NCBI GenBank assembly: GCA_964106645.2 | Contig: OZ067039.1 | Direction: 5' to 3' (one strand) | Origin: Podarcis pityusensis | Lineage: Eukaryota | DNA length: 64,000 nucleotides | Part shown: positions 12,747 through 23,089 of the stretch, piece by piece | Layout: each line of letters starts with the position of its first letter | How positions within the stretch are numbered: the first letter of the stretch is position 1 | Made by a program: the position numbers and the translations under genes | The notes under the pieces: model-generated | Told to the model about the DNA's origin: nothing | Database searches by the model: none | The model's input: the letters and a program-made list of their open reading frames with translations, nothing else

Positions 12747-14009
12747 CCGTATTTTTCGCTCCATAGGACGCACTTTTTCCCCTCCAAAAATGAAGGGGAA
12801 ATGTGTGTGCGTCCTATGGAGCGAATGCAGGCTTTTGCTTAAGCCTGGAGAGCGAGAGGCATCGGTGCGCACTGACCCCTCTCGCTCTCCAGGCTTCAGG
12901 AAGCTATCCGCAAGCCTTGCAAGCCCGGTGGGAGTTCCCGCGGGCTCACAAGGCTTGCAGGCAGCAGCCTGCAGCCCCGGCGAGTGTCCGCAAGCCTTGC
13001 GCGCCCGGCAGGAGGTCCCACCGAGCGCACGAGGCTTGGGGCAGCAGCCTGTCGCCCGAAGCACGGGGAGCCCTCCGGAGGGCTCCCCGTGCTTCGGGCG
13101 AGTGTCTGCAAGCCTTGCGCGCCCGGCAGGAGGTCCCGCCGAGCGCGCGAGGCTTGGGGCGGCAGCTTGTCGCCCGAAGCACGGGGAGCCCTCCGGAGGG
13201 CTCCCCGTGCTTCGGGCGAGTGTCTGCAAGCCTTGCGCGCCCGGCAGGAGGTCCCGCCGAGCGCGCAAGGCTTGGGGCTGCAGCTTGTCGCCCGAAGCAC
13301 GGGGAGCCCTCCGGAGGGCTCCCCGTGCTTCGGGCGAGTGTCTGCAAGCCTTGCGCGCCCGGCAGGAGGTCCCGCCCAGCGCGCAAGGCTTGGGGCTGCA
13401 GCTTGTCGCCCGAAGCACGGGGAGCCCTCCGGAGGGCTCCCCGTGCTTCGGGCGAGTGTCTGCAAGCCTTGCGCGCCCGGCAGGAGGTCCCGCCCAGCGC
13501 GCAAGGCTTGGGGCTGCAGCTTGTCGCCCGAAGCACGGGGAGCCCTCCGGAGGGCTCCCCGTGCTTCGGGCGAGTGTCTGCAAGCCTTGCGCGCCCGGCA
13601 GGAGGTCCCGCCCAGCGCGCAAGGCTTGGGGCTGCAGCTTGTCGCCCGAAGCACGGGGAGCCCTCCGGAGGGCTCCCCGTGCTTCGGGCGAGTGTCTGCA
13701 AGCCTTGCGCGCCCGGCAGGAGGTCCCACCGAGCGCGCAAGGCTTGGGACGGCAGTCTGTCGCCCGAAGCACGGGGAGCCCTCCGGAGGGCTCCCCGTGC
13801 TTCGGGCGAGTGTCTGCAAGCCTCGCGCGCCCGGTGGGAGGTCCCGCCGAGCGCGCGAGGCTTGGGGCGGTAGCCTGCAGCCCGAAGCACGCGAGGCTTG
13901 GGGCGGCAGCCGCGGGGGGGGGGAATAATTTTTTTTATTCATTTCCCCCCCCCCAAAAAAACGAGGTGCGTCCTATGGGCCGGTGCGTCCTATAGAACGA
14001 AAAATACGG
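12747..14009. mobile_element. Tc1/mariner-superfamily (Tc2/pogo-like) non-autonomous element carrying an internal minisatellite
   Basis: TIRs CCGTATTTTTCG..ATAGGACGCAC / GTGCGTCCTAT..CGAAAAATACGG with TA on both sides. Confidence 0.88.
12968..13900. repeat. 118-bp GC-rich tandem repeat (about 7.5-8 units) made of palindromes
   Basis: 50-bp perfect palindrome starts at 13052, 13170, 13288, 13406, 13524, 13642 and 13760. Confidence 0.95.
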
Positions 14010-15824
14010 TAACTTGCAATTGCCAGCCAAGGAGCAATGGACACATTCTTTGCTGGAACTAAGATACTGTATTTTTCCATGTATAAGACTAAGTTTTTCC
14101 CCTAAAAAACAATGTCAAAGATTAGGGGGCATCTTATACACCAATAGTGCCAAGGGTGGGTTGGCGATTCGTGAGTCCCCCCAAATATACATGTGTGAGT
14201 GGGGGTGGGTGGGTGCTTTTGTATCAGGTTAGCCATATTGATTTGTATGCTGTTGGTGGATTCTTGTCGTTGTCTTGTTGGGCTGTGTATGTGATAAAGA
14301 TGCTTAGAAAATTCTGAGACATTTTCCTGGCATGCCAAAAAGTGCTTAGATTAAAAATCCAAGTGAAAATTAAAGAGTACATTTTGTGATTTTTACTTCT
14401 GTGCAGTTGTTTTCCTTTACCCTGACCCACCCCAGTCTGTACCTTAAACTGTTATTGAAGGGATGATGAATGGAGATGAAATAAACAGTTTGGGGTGCCC
14501 TGCCTCTATAGAATCAACAAACCTTAAATATTTGTGTTGTGTCCCAGTAAGGCTTAAAAGAGCTCTTGCTGTTCTAAGCTTGACCTGTGAAAATCAAAAG
14601 TGGGAGTGGGAGTGATGTTGGCCCAAAGTAGGGTTGCTTCATGCTTAAAGGGGGTGGGGTTGGGGCTAGAACTGCACATCTAGGTAAGTGCATTTACATT
14701 ATAGGTAAAATGAGGGTCTTCATACACGAAAGTGAGCATGTGCATGGAACCAAGAGATAGTTATTTCAGATGAATGAATAACATGAAAGTGATTTTGCAT
14801 ACATGACCAGAAATAAGGTCATTCTATTCATTGAATTTGCTTAGGTAAAAACCACTAGAATGTGATAAAGATCTTTCTGTTGTTTTAGAAAAAGGAGAGA
14901 ATCCCTTAAAAAGACTCTGAAGGGGTTGGGCGATTCTCTCCACTGTCCAACTCAAAAGAATTCATTACATTTTCTACACAGTTTATTAAGGGAACCCATC
15001 AAAGCAATGCAAACATCAAGTTACAGAGAACACTTGTTGCTCATTTATGATTTGAAAGAGATCACGCCTCTTCAGTCGTTTTACAACACTGGATCCCAGA
15101 ATCTAGAAGCCTGTGAATTAAGCACAACACTCTCAAATCCACAGTTGAGCAATACTTTCCTTTGGTTCCGCAGCACCAGCATTCAAATTCTCCAGAACTC
15201 TTCACTGGGCTGATGAGAGTTCTAGTCATAAATGCCCTGAGAGCACCAGGTTGATGTTAAAAGTAGCAGATGGAAACCAGCAAAGGAAGGAGAAAAACTA
15301 GGTTGGATGCTGAAGCCACTATCTGCATCAGAACCCATTCAATGATCTCTATCCCGTGTGAAAGGTTCAGGGGTGAAAGCCGAAAGGAAATCCCCTTGTT
15401 GCCGGTCATCCAATTTGATTTGCATGTTGGCTACTAATAAGGTACTAATGCACTGTTGTGATGATTTGCTCCTTTGGCACATAGGGAAAAATAACTTTTA
15501 TGACAAGAATCATGATTTCCAGAAGCACATACCTTGCTTGTTACAGAAAACCTGGTCCAAAGGTCTCGTGTTGTGGCTGGGAACAAGGGGTTTATCCTAC
15601 ACCTGAGTTTCCCCACTGCAAAGTTAAACCTGACTTGTACACAGAAAGGCAGAGTGGTCTGATATGCAAAGAGCTAGGTGTGCATCTCAAGGACCCGAGT
15701 GTTAGTCTTGCCTTTGCTGGGACCTGCATGCATGGTCTTCCAAAGCAGCTCACTACCGTTATTCCCCTCCTTTGTGAAACTGAAATAATTATAGCCTATT
15801 CCCCTGGATTGTTGATATCTGTAC

Positions 15825-16378
15825 TTGTTGTTGTTGTTTAGTCCTTTAGTCGTCTCCGACTCTTCGTGACCCCATGGACCAGAGCACACCAGGCACTTCT
15901 GTCTTCCACTGCCTCCCGCAGTTTGGTCAAACTCATGCTGGTAGCTTCGAGAACACTATCTAACCATCTCATCCTCTGTCGTCCCCTTCTCCTTGTGCCC
16001 TCCATCTTTCCCAACATCAGGGTCTTTTCCAGGGAGTCTTCTCTTCTCATGAGGTGGCCAAAGTATTGGAGCCTCAGCTTCAGGATCTGTCCTTCCAGTG
16101 AGCACTCAGGGCAAATTTCCTTAAGAATGGATACGTTTGATCTTCTTGCAGTCCATGGGACTCTCAAGAGTCTCCTCCAGCACCATAATTCAAAAGCATC
16201 AATTCTTCAGCGATCAGCCTTCTTTATGGTCCAGCTCTCACTTCCATACATCACTACTGGGAAAACCATAGCTTTAACTATACGGACCTTTGTTGGCAAG
16301 GCGATGTCTCTGCTTTTTAAGATGCTGTGTAGGTTTGTCATTGCTTTTCTCCCAAGAAGCAGGCGTCTTTTAATTTCG
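15825..16378 (-). mobile_element. BovB (RTE) LINE 3' fragment
   Basis: RVPWTARRSN...LKLRLQYFGHLMRREDSLEKTLMLGK...RRRGRQRMRWLD...VHGVTKSR; (CAA)n tail. Confidence 0.92.
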
Positions 16379-16515
16379 TAATAGAACTTTGGGAAGTATT
16401 GTGTGTGTGGCAGTACATCTTACAAGTTGCTGTCCCTTCCCGATTCGATTTGCTCTTGGAGCAAGAGGAAAAACTTAAGAGGCGATGAAAATAAATCAAT
16501 AAATCAAATCCTTAC

Positions 16516-17300
16516 CAAAGAAGAGAAGGCAGCCCCACATCAAGGGGGAAGCTCTTGGGTGTGGCCTCGCCAGCTCCACTCCCAGCCGCCTGACACGCGA
16601 GAAGAGAAGCCGCCTCTTCCACCTGAGAGGGTCGGAGGAGGGGCTGACGGGAGGTGCGGCCCGCCGGCTCTTCGCCCGCTCCCCATTTTCCGACAGCCAG
16701 CCGGGGAGTGCTTGAACTTAAGGGACTCCGGGGGAGCAAAAAGGCCGGAGCGGCGGCGGCGGCAGCAGCCAGAAGGAGGGGCGGACCCTCCGCACACACA
16801 GCCCCTTCGCGCCCCCCGCCCCCCTTGGCAACAGCGCCGCTGGGACTCCGTCCAGATTTCCTCTCGGCTGCCTGTGGAGAGCCGCTTGGTTTCCTTGTCT
16901 CTCCGATGTGCATCGCGGAAAGCGCTCAGGCGGGCTCCCGCTGAGGAGAAGGAGGAACTGCAGCGTTGCAAGGGGAGTTGGCAGATTATGCTCACAAGCG
17001 GCGGCGGCGGCGGCACCACCACCACCAGCAGGTAACTCCCGCCTTTCGAGGGGGAGCGAATTCCCCAGCAAGCGGTGCAGGAAGAGCAGCCGCTGCTGCT
17101 GCTTTTTCTTCCTTCCTTTCTGTGGCTCTGCAAGCCAGGTGGTGGCCGGTGCAGCTTTGGCTCCGGAGCGAAGTGATGCCGCGGCGTCCGGGCGCTCTCC
17201 CTGCCTCGTGCCGGCGGGGTGTCCTGCTGCCCCTCTCCGCCGGGGTTTGGTTCGGGGGTGCGCGCGCGCGTTGCCTGGGCTTCGTCCCCGCGCTCCTCCT
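16516..17300 (-). other. Candidate first exon of an unidentified divergent gene (5' end approximate)
   Basis: Strong minus-strand donor TTG|GTAAGG (GT at 16515-16514) exactly at the island edge; no recognisable protein. Confidence 0.5.
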
Positions 17301-17520
17301 CCCACGTGTTGCGCCAGCCGGGCCGCCTCCTCCTCCGTCTTCCCGCGCTGAGGATCCCGCGGCCCTCCAGATGGTGGCTGGACTGCAAACTCCCATCACT
17401 TGCCTGACCATTGGCGGTGCCGATGGGAGCTGAGGTGACGTCTGTCAACATCTGGAGGGCCGCAGGTTCCCTGCTCAGCGCGTTTACTCGGCAGTAAGTC
17501 CCGCGGAGTTCGGTAAGAGT
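16550..17520. promoter_or_regulatory. CpG island / probable promoter
   Basis: About 1 kb of very GC- and CpG-rich non-repetitive sequence with (GGC)n runs, in an otherwise CpG-depleted background. Confidence 0.85.
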
Positions 17521-18587
17521 GTTTACAATTGCAGCCTAATTGCACTTACTGGAAAGCGCGTCCCCTTGAACGGAAAGGTTCAGTTTTGCTAGTGAGTGAC
17601 GTCCAGGGTCTATAATGGGAGGTGCTGGGTCTGAAGAGACTGGCATCTTTGCAACTTCTCTGCAGTCCTACATGCATGGAGCTGGTTTGGTGGTAGTTAC
17701 TAAGTAGGAAGGAAAAGGCACTCTGCATGTGTTCAGAGGCACTTCACCCTCTGCATTCTCGCTGAAATGCTTCCCAGGATAAGTGGTGGCAACTCAGAAG
17801 AAGCCCTCTCTTCATCCATTTTCTTTCACAGTCTGCTTCTACTTCTCGTCTGGTTTTGTCCTCACCTGTACACCAGCTGTTAATAGTTTTTTTTAAAATA
17901 ATAATAATTGTTCTTCTTCTTGTGGATGTTCTCATGCAGCCAAAGGAATGTCAGCCCTCAGGCCACTCCAGGCAGGGAGTCCCTTCTGAATTCTATAATA
18001 CGTTGCATTGTCAACCAGCTGTTAAGCCCCCTGGGCCTGTCCTTTTGACAGCTCGCCCCCATGGAGCAGGGAGGGCAGAGTAAATGGATGATTGCAGGGG
18101 GTTGTCCTAGATGACCCTTGGGGGTCCCTTCCAATTCTATAATTCTATGATGGTAAGTTCCCCCCCCTCCCGTGGCCCATAATTTGTACAACACCTTTTA
18201 AGGCTTGAGGCACACTGTCACCATTTTATTCTCCTTTTACAGATTGGAAACTGAGGCTGAGGCCTTACCCAGATGGCCAATCAAAACACATGCTACCCAC
18301 ATTTCAGCCTTTGTGGGATTCTCCTGCTACAAGCCTCACATTAAAGGCAATGAAGTGATAGCCAGTCCATGAATAAGATGTAGAGGTGTGGGAGCCATAT
18401 TTTAACATCTGTGCAGATGTACCATCTGGCTGTGGAAACAGAGGGAACAGCCTTCAAAGAACTAAGGAAATCATCATTTTTAAAGCAAAAAGTACATGAA
18501 ATGAAAGAGGAACATAGGAGGCTGACTTCTGCTAGGCCAGATTATTTGTTGTCCGGTACTGTCTACAGGCACAGGGTCTCATGCAGA

Positions 18588-18747
18588 CAAGGGCGTTCAG
18601 AGGGGGGGTGGGGGGGCAGTCCACCCCAGTTACCATTCCGGGGGGAGGGGAGTTTGACAAAATGCCGACCCCCAATTGGCGGCACCCCCGGGACGCGTGC
18701 CATGCCCCCTGGGACTCCGGGTACTGGAGCAGGTTGCTTCGCCTCTG
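18588..18747. mobile_element. hAT-type MITE nested in a SINE
   Basis: Perfect 8-bp TSD catgcaga at 18580-18587 and 18748-18755. Confidence 0.72.
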
Positions 18748-21700
18748 CATGCAGAGGTCTTTCCCCATCATGTAATACTAGCTGGAGATGCCAGGGGTTG
18801 AGCCTGGGACCTTCTGCATGCCAACCACATGCTCCACCCGTGAGCTGTGGCTCCACCCTCCATCCCATACACCAATGCTGCAGGGTAGAGGGAAGCTTTG
18901 TTCACTATAATTAGAATGAATGCAATAACTTTTTTAGGTGGTGGTGTGGAAATTACATTTTTCCCTGTGGTGTGACAAAAAAAACAACACCAGAATCCAA
19001 GCTGCAGAAATGCAATAACTCTGCAACACATAAGGAACAATAATGCTAAAACAATCATGCATTTACTGTGGAAAGGACCCTGAAAGTTAGCAACTTTCCA
19101 AGACTTATCTTGTGGTTTGTGGCTGAGCTGGAGCTTCAATCCGACATCATATGGTAATGCTGTCCACTGAATGCACTTGCTCTTGCCAAGTCAAAAGTGG
19201 TTTCCTGAGGCTATGAATATTAGGCCAAGGTGACCCACCTGTTCATGCATATTGCTTTCAGGACTCTAGTGGAAGACTGGAGTAAGTAGCAATTAGTTAG
19301 GCAAAGAAAGTGGAAGGACTCCAGAGTGACGCTCTGATGATTTGAAATAACTTTCTGGCATGGTTTTGCTCAATGTCGAAAGGGGAATCCCCATATTCTA
19401 TCTAGAGGGTGGGTCCCATTCCTGAGTCTCTGCTCACTTCGGTTACTTATCTTGCATCTTTCAAGGTCCAGAAAGCCTCGCACAAAACCCAGAGCTACTC
19501 CAGTGAAGTATGCCTTGGCACCTGTTTTAACAGTAAAGTGTCAGATGAAATATGTGCCCAGGGGGAGCTTGGAGGCAAAAGGAAAGGAAAATCCAAGGCA
19601 CTAGAAAACCCGGGAACTTAGGAGTAGAAGCACAAAACAGTGAGCAAAAAGCAGCTGGAGGAGAGAGGTGCTGTGAAGGGCTGGGCAGCTGTGCCTAGGG
19701 TGGCAGGTTTTACTGTCTGTACTGTACACACCTTTTGCCCCAAGGCTGAGATCTTTTCTCAGCTCCTGCAAAGCTATTCAAAGACACTCATTTGTGAGCT
19801 TTGTTTGCCTTTCACAAGGGCTGCAGGGGATTAGTCTGAAGATGTGTAGTGAACACGGACTCCTCTGGATGAGCAGGACATGAAAGGGGTGGGAGACATA
19901 GAAAAGCACAGTTTTTACACTTATGTCTGTGTCTGTTCTGTCACACCTACACAGATGTATGTGCTCAGTCTGTTCTGTGTGCACACGAAGCATCTTAGAT
20001 AGTAATATACGCCGTTTGCATGCAGTGAATCTCCTGACACTGCAGGCACTGTGATCTCCGGCACAGTTAGAATTGCATGTGGATAGTGATGTGTGTGCAA
20101 CTTGCTGTGAGGCTGGCCCCAAAATTACTCAGGAGAACAACATAGTCCTGGCACTCTACTTGAGTCATGCATATGTCATTGTGTACAATGGTGCTTCCTC
20201 TTTGATGAGTATGCCTGGTATTAAAATGGAAAGAATCCCCAAATGTGTAAATGTGTGATACTTGGGAGCTTAATCCCTTGGCACGAGAGCGAGCAAGCAG
20301 TTCCATGAACGGATCACCGGGCGTTATTTCCTTTCCTTTTTTCCAAAAAGTGGCTTGGGATGCATGTAGCTTGGAGTAGGACTATGGGGCAGAGGGAGTT
20401 TTAACTCTTTGCCCCTGCACCAACCATGCAGTGCAAATGTATCGCTTTCCTAAAGCTGCTGTTAGCATCAGAGGGGGAAAACATACAGACACACAAACTG
20501 TACCTGTATCTCTTTCTCTCTCCCTCTCCTCCTCCTCCTGCCACAGCTCCAATCCAAATTTGGGCATGGCTGTTTTTTAGAAGAGGAAAATTGCATTGGG
20601 ACTTCTGTGACTGACAGTGTAATCCTATGCAGAAGTAAGTTCTATTCAGTTCAGGGAGATTTACTTTCAGGAATATGTGTACAGGATTGCAGCCTGAATC
20701 TCCCATGTTGGCACTAGTTTAGCCTTCTGGTGCTTCTGTAGGATGAGAGCAGTAAAGCCAGGGCTTAAAAATTTTTTAGACCATCTAAATTCTGAGCAAC
20801 CAAATTCTGTGCTAAGAAAAGCTGAATTCTGTGACTAGTATGAATTATGAACATTTTCATAATCTATCCTATTCTCCTTAATTTGTTCTGTTGTTTTTTT
20901 CCCCCTCTTGCGAAAAAAAAAAAATGGTTTGATGGAAGCCCTGACCTCTGAGCACTGCAACTTTTGTCCAGTCACCTTCTGATATTTCAGTAAGCGTTTC
21001 CCACGTTCCCTTGAGCATCTTTACAGTCAAAAGGGCTGGGAACTTGCAGTTTTAAAAAGGAAAGCTAAGATTGTCGGCACATTCAGCCAAAGTTACATTT
21101 TTCTGCACTCTTGTAAAACCGCATAGTAGGCACAGCACTGAGTAAAGCTCTCAGCAGCAGGCGTGGTTCTGGCTTGGCACGTAGGAGACTTAGGGTAGTT
21201 CAAAGGGGGGAAAGTATTCGACTCTGCTGCTTACCTTTCTTTTTTGACAGGGAAGCCCTATCAAAGTGTGCTCCAAACCAGCTGAACAGCTATGATGCAT
21301 TGAGCCTGTTGCAAAAAAAGAGAGGATTGATATCTTTTGTGCAACATTCTTTGAATGATCCAATCCAGTATAATAGGTGTGTGTTTGCAGATCTTGGGCC
21401 TGAAGGCTGATGATGACTGTGGCCTCATCTGCACAGTACAGTTAAAGCAGCATTATGCCACTTTAAACAGCTCCCCCCCCCCCCCGAATCCTGGGAAGAG
21501 TGGTTCATTAACAGTGCTGAGAGTTCTTAAGAGATTCCCTGTTCCCCTCATAGGACTACAATTGCCGGAGTGGTTTTGCAGTTAGTCCCTTTTCCCATGG
21601 AACCCTGCGGCAATTGCGGCAGGAATGGGGAGTCTCCTAATGACTCTCAGCACCCTTAATGAACTACACTTCCCAGGATTCTTTGGGGGAAGCCATGACT

Positions 21701-22011
21701 GTTGAAAGTGGTATGATGCTACTTCAATTTATAGTGCAGACAGGGTTTATGGGGCATAATCCACAACACTGAAGAATGTCAATAGGCATCTTAATTCATT
21801 GGTCTTATGCCTGTTATAGCTCAGCTGCAGAGCTTGGGTTGCCATAGGCATCCCACTTACAATTAATAATATTAACTATGCAAAAACAAAGTACAAGGAG
21901 GTCTCTTGTCTGACTCTTCCAGGAGTACTTGATTGCTGCAAAGTAGCACATGGCTGGCCAGGAAATTGATGGTCTTGGAATTGAGACAGGCTTCCGGGAG
22001 GTAGGGTGGTA

Positions 22012-22252
22012 GGGAGCCAGTGTGGTGTAGTGGTTAAGAGCGGTAGTCTCGTAATCTGGGGAACCGGGTTCGCGTCTCTGCTCCTCCACATGCAGCTGCT
22101 GGGTGACCATGGGCCAGTCACACTTCTCTGAAGTCTCTCAGCCCCACTCACCTCACAGAGTGTTTGTTGTTGGGGAGGAAGGGAAAGGAGAATGTTAGCC
22201 GCTTTGAGACTCCTTCGGGTAGCGATAAAGCGGGATATCAAATCCAAAATCT
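22012..22252 (+). mobile_element. tRNA-derived SINE with L2-like tail
   Basis: A box tggtgtagtgg, B-box-like gggttcgcgtc, tail gttagccgctttgag resembling the L2 3' end. Confidence 0.75.
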
Positions 22253-22358
22253 TCTAGGGATTTCCAAGCTGCAATTGTACTGCAGGAGCTGAATGCAGCG
22301 CTATGACAATTCTCTGTGCAACTGACACCTCCAGAGTGCCAGCCCTTTCCTATTTATA

Positions 22359-22584
22359 CAGTGGTACCTCGGGTTAAGAACTTAATTCATTCTGGTGGTC
22401 TGTTCTTAACCTGAAACTGCTCTTAACCTGAGTTACCACTTTAGCTAATGGGGCCTCTTGCTGCTGTCGCGCCGCCGCCGCCCGATTTCTGTTCTCATCC
22501 TGAAGCAAAGTTCTTAACCTGAGGTACTATTTCTGGGTTAGTTGAGTCTGTAACCTGAAGCGTCTGTAACCCGAGGTACCACTT
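22359..22584. mobile_element. Tigger/mariner-like MITE, same family, inverted
   Basis: Reverse complement of the 2475 copy, TA flanks. Confidence 0.86.
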
Positions 22585-22655
22585 TATGTCTTACCAGGAT
22601 TTTCATTCTGTTCTTTGGTCATCTCCTGTTGAGGTACTACATACTTCCTCTAGGT

Positions 22656-22790
22656 CAGCCTTTCTCAACCTGAGGGTCCCCAGATGTTGAACTACAACTC
22701 CCATCACCCCCAGCTAGCAAGGCCAGAGCTCAGGGATGATGGGAGTTGTAGTCCAACAGCATCTGGGGAACTACAGGTTGAGAACTGCTG
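22656..22790. mobile_element. hAT-type palindromic MITE about 200 bp upstream of coding exon 1
   Basis: Ends cagcctttctcaacctg / caggttgagaactgctg; perfect TSD ctctaggt. Confidence 0.85.
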
Positions 22791-23004
22791 CTCTAGGTGT
22801 TGCTGTACTATAGCTCCCATCATCCCTGAGCACTGGTCATGTCTTTATCATGCTTGCAGTCGCCAATACCAGTGTGGATGACTAGAACTAGGACTGTCAA
22901 GTGAGGTGTTGCCGTGATTTTGAAGCAACTTGCAACTGCTCATGTTACGTTCTTGCCTCCTGAGCCATCATCTTCTCTCTTGTTCTCTTTTACAGACTCC
23001 CACA

Positions 23005-23089
23005 ATGAGAGGGGAGATGCTGTTCCTCACTGCGCTCCATGCCACGCTCTTTGCTTCAGCGCAAGTTATGGCTCAGAAAAGGGAGAGAG
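23005..23089 (+). CDS. COL7A1: Coding exon 1: signal peptide MRGEMLFLTALHATLFASAQVMAQKRER
   Basis: ATG at 23005, hydrophobic leader, donor G|gtagg at 23090, 85 coding nt, phase 1; polypyrimidine tract and AG at 22994-22995 upstream. Confidence 0.85.

Noticed and set aside
12968-13900. CRISPR-like array (regularly spaced palindromic repeats)
   Set aside because: Intervening sequences are near-identical rather than unique spacers, there are no cas genes, the context is vertebrate, and the array lies inside MITE TIRs.
12658-13995. Six overlapping ORFs of 314-445 aa
   Set aside because: Artefact of a stop-free GC-rich 118-bp repeat; the same peptides rotate through all frames.
16403-17451. ORFs of 130-300 aa in the CpG island
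   Set aside because: Low-complexity Arg/Pro/Gly/Ala translations on both strands, typical of GC-rich promoter/UTR DNA; no domain recognised.
22012-22090. tRNA gene candidates (also 38119 and 44619)
   Set aside because: A/B boxes continue into SINE bodies and tails; no complete cloverleaf.
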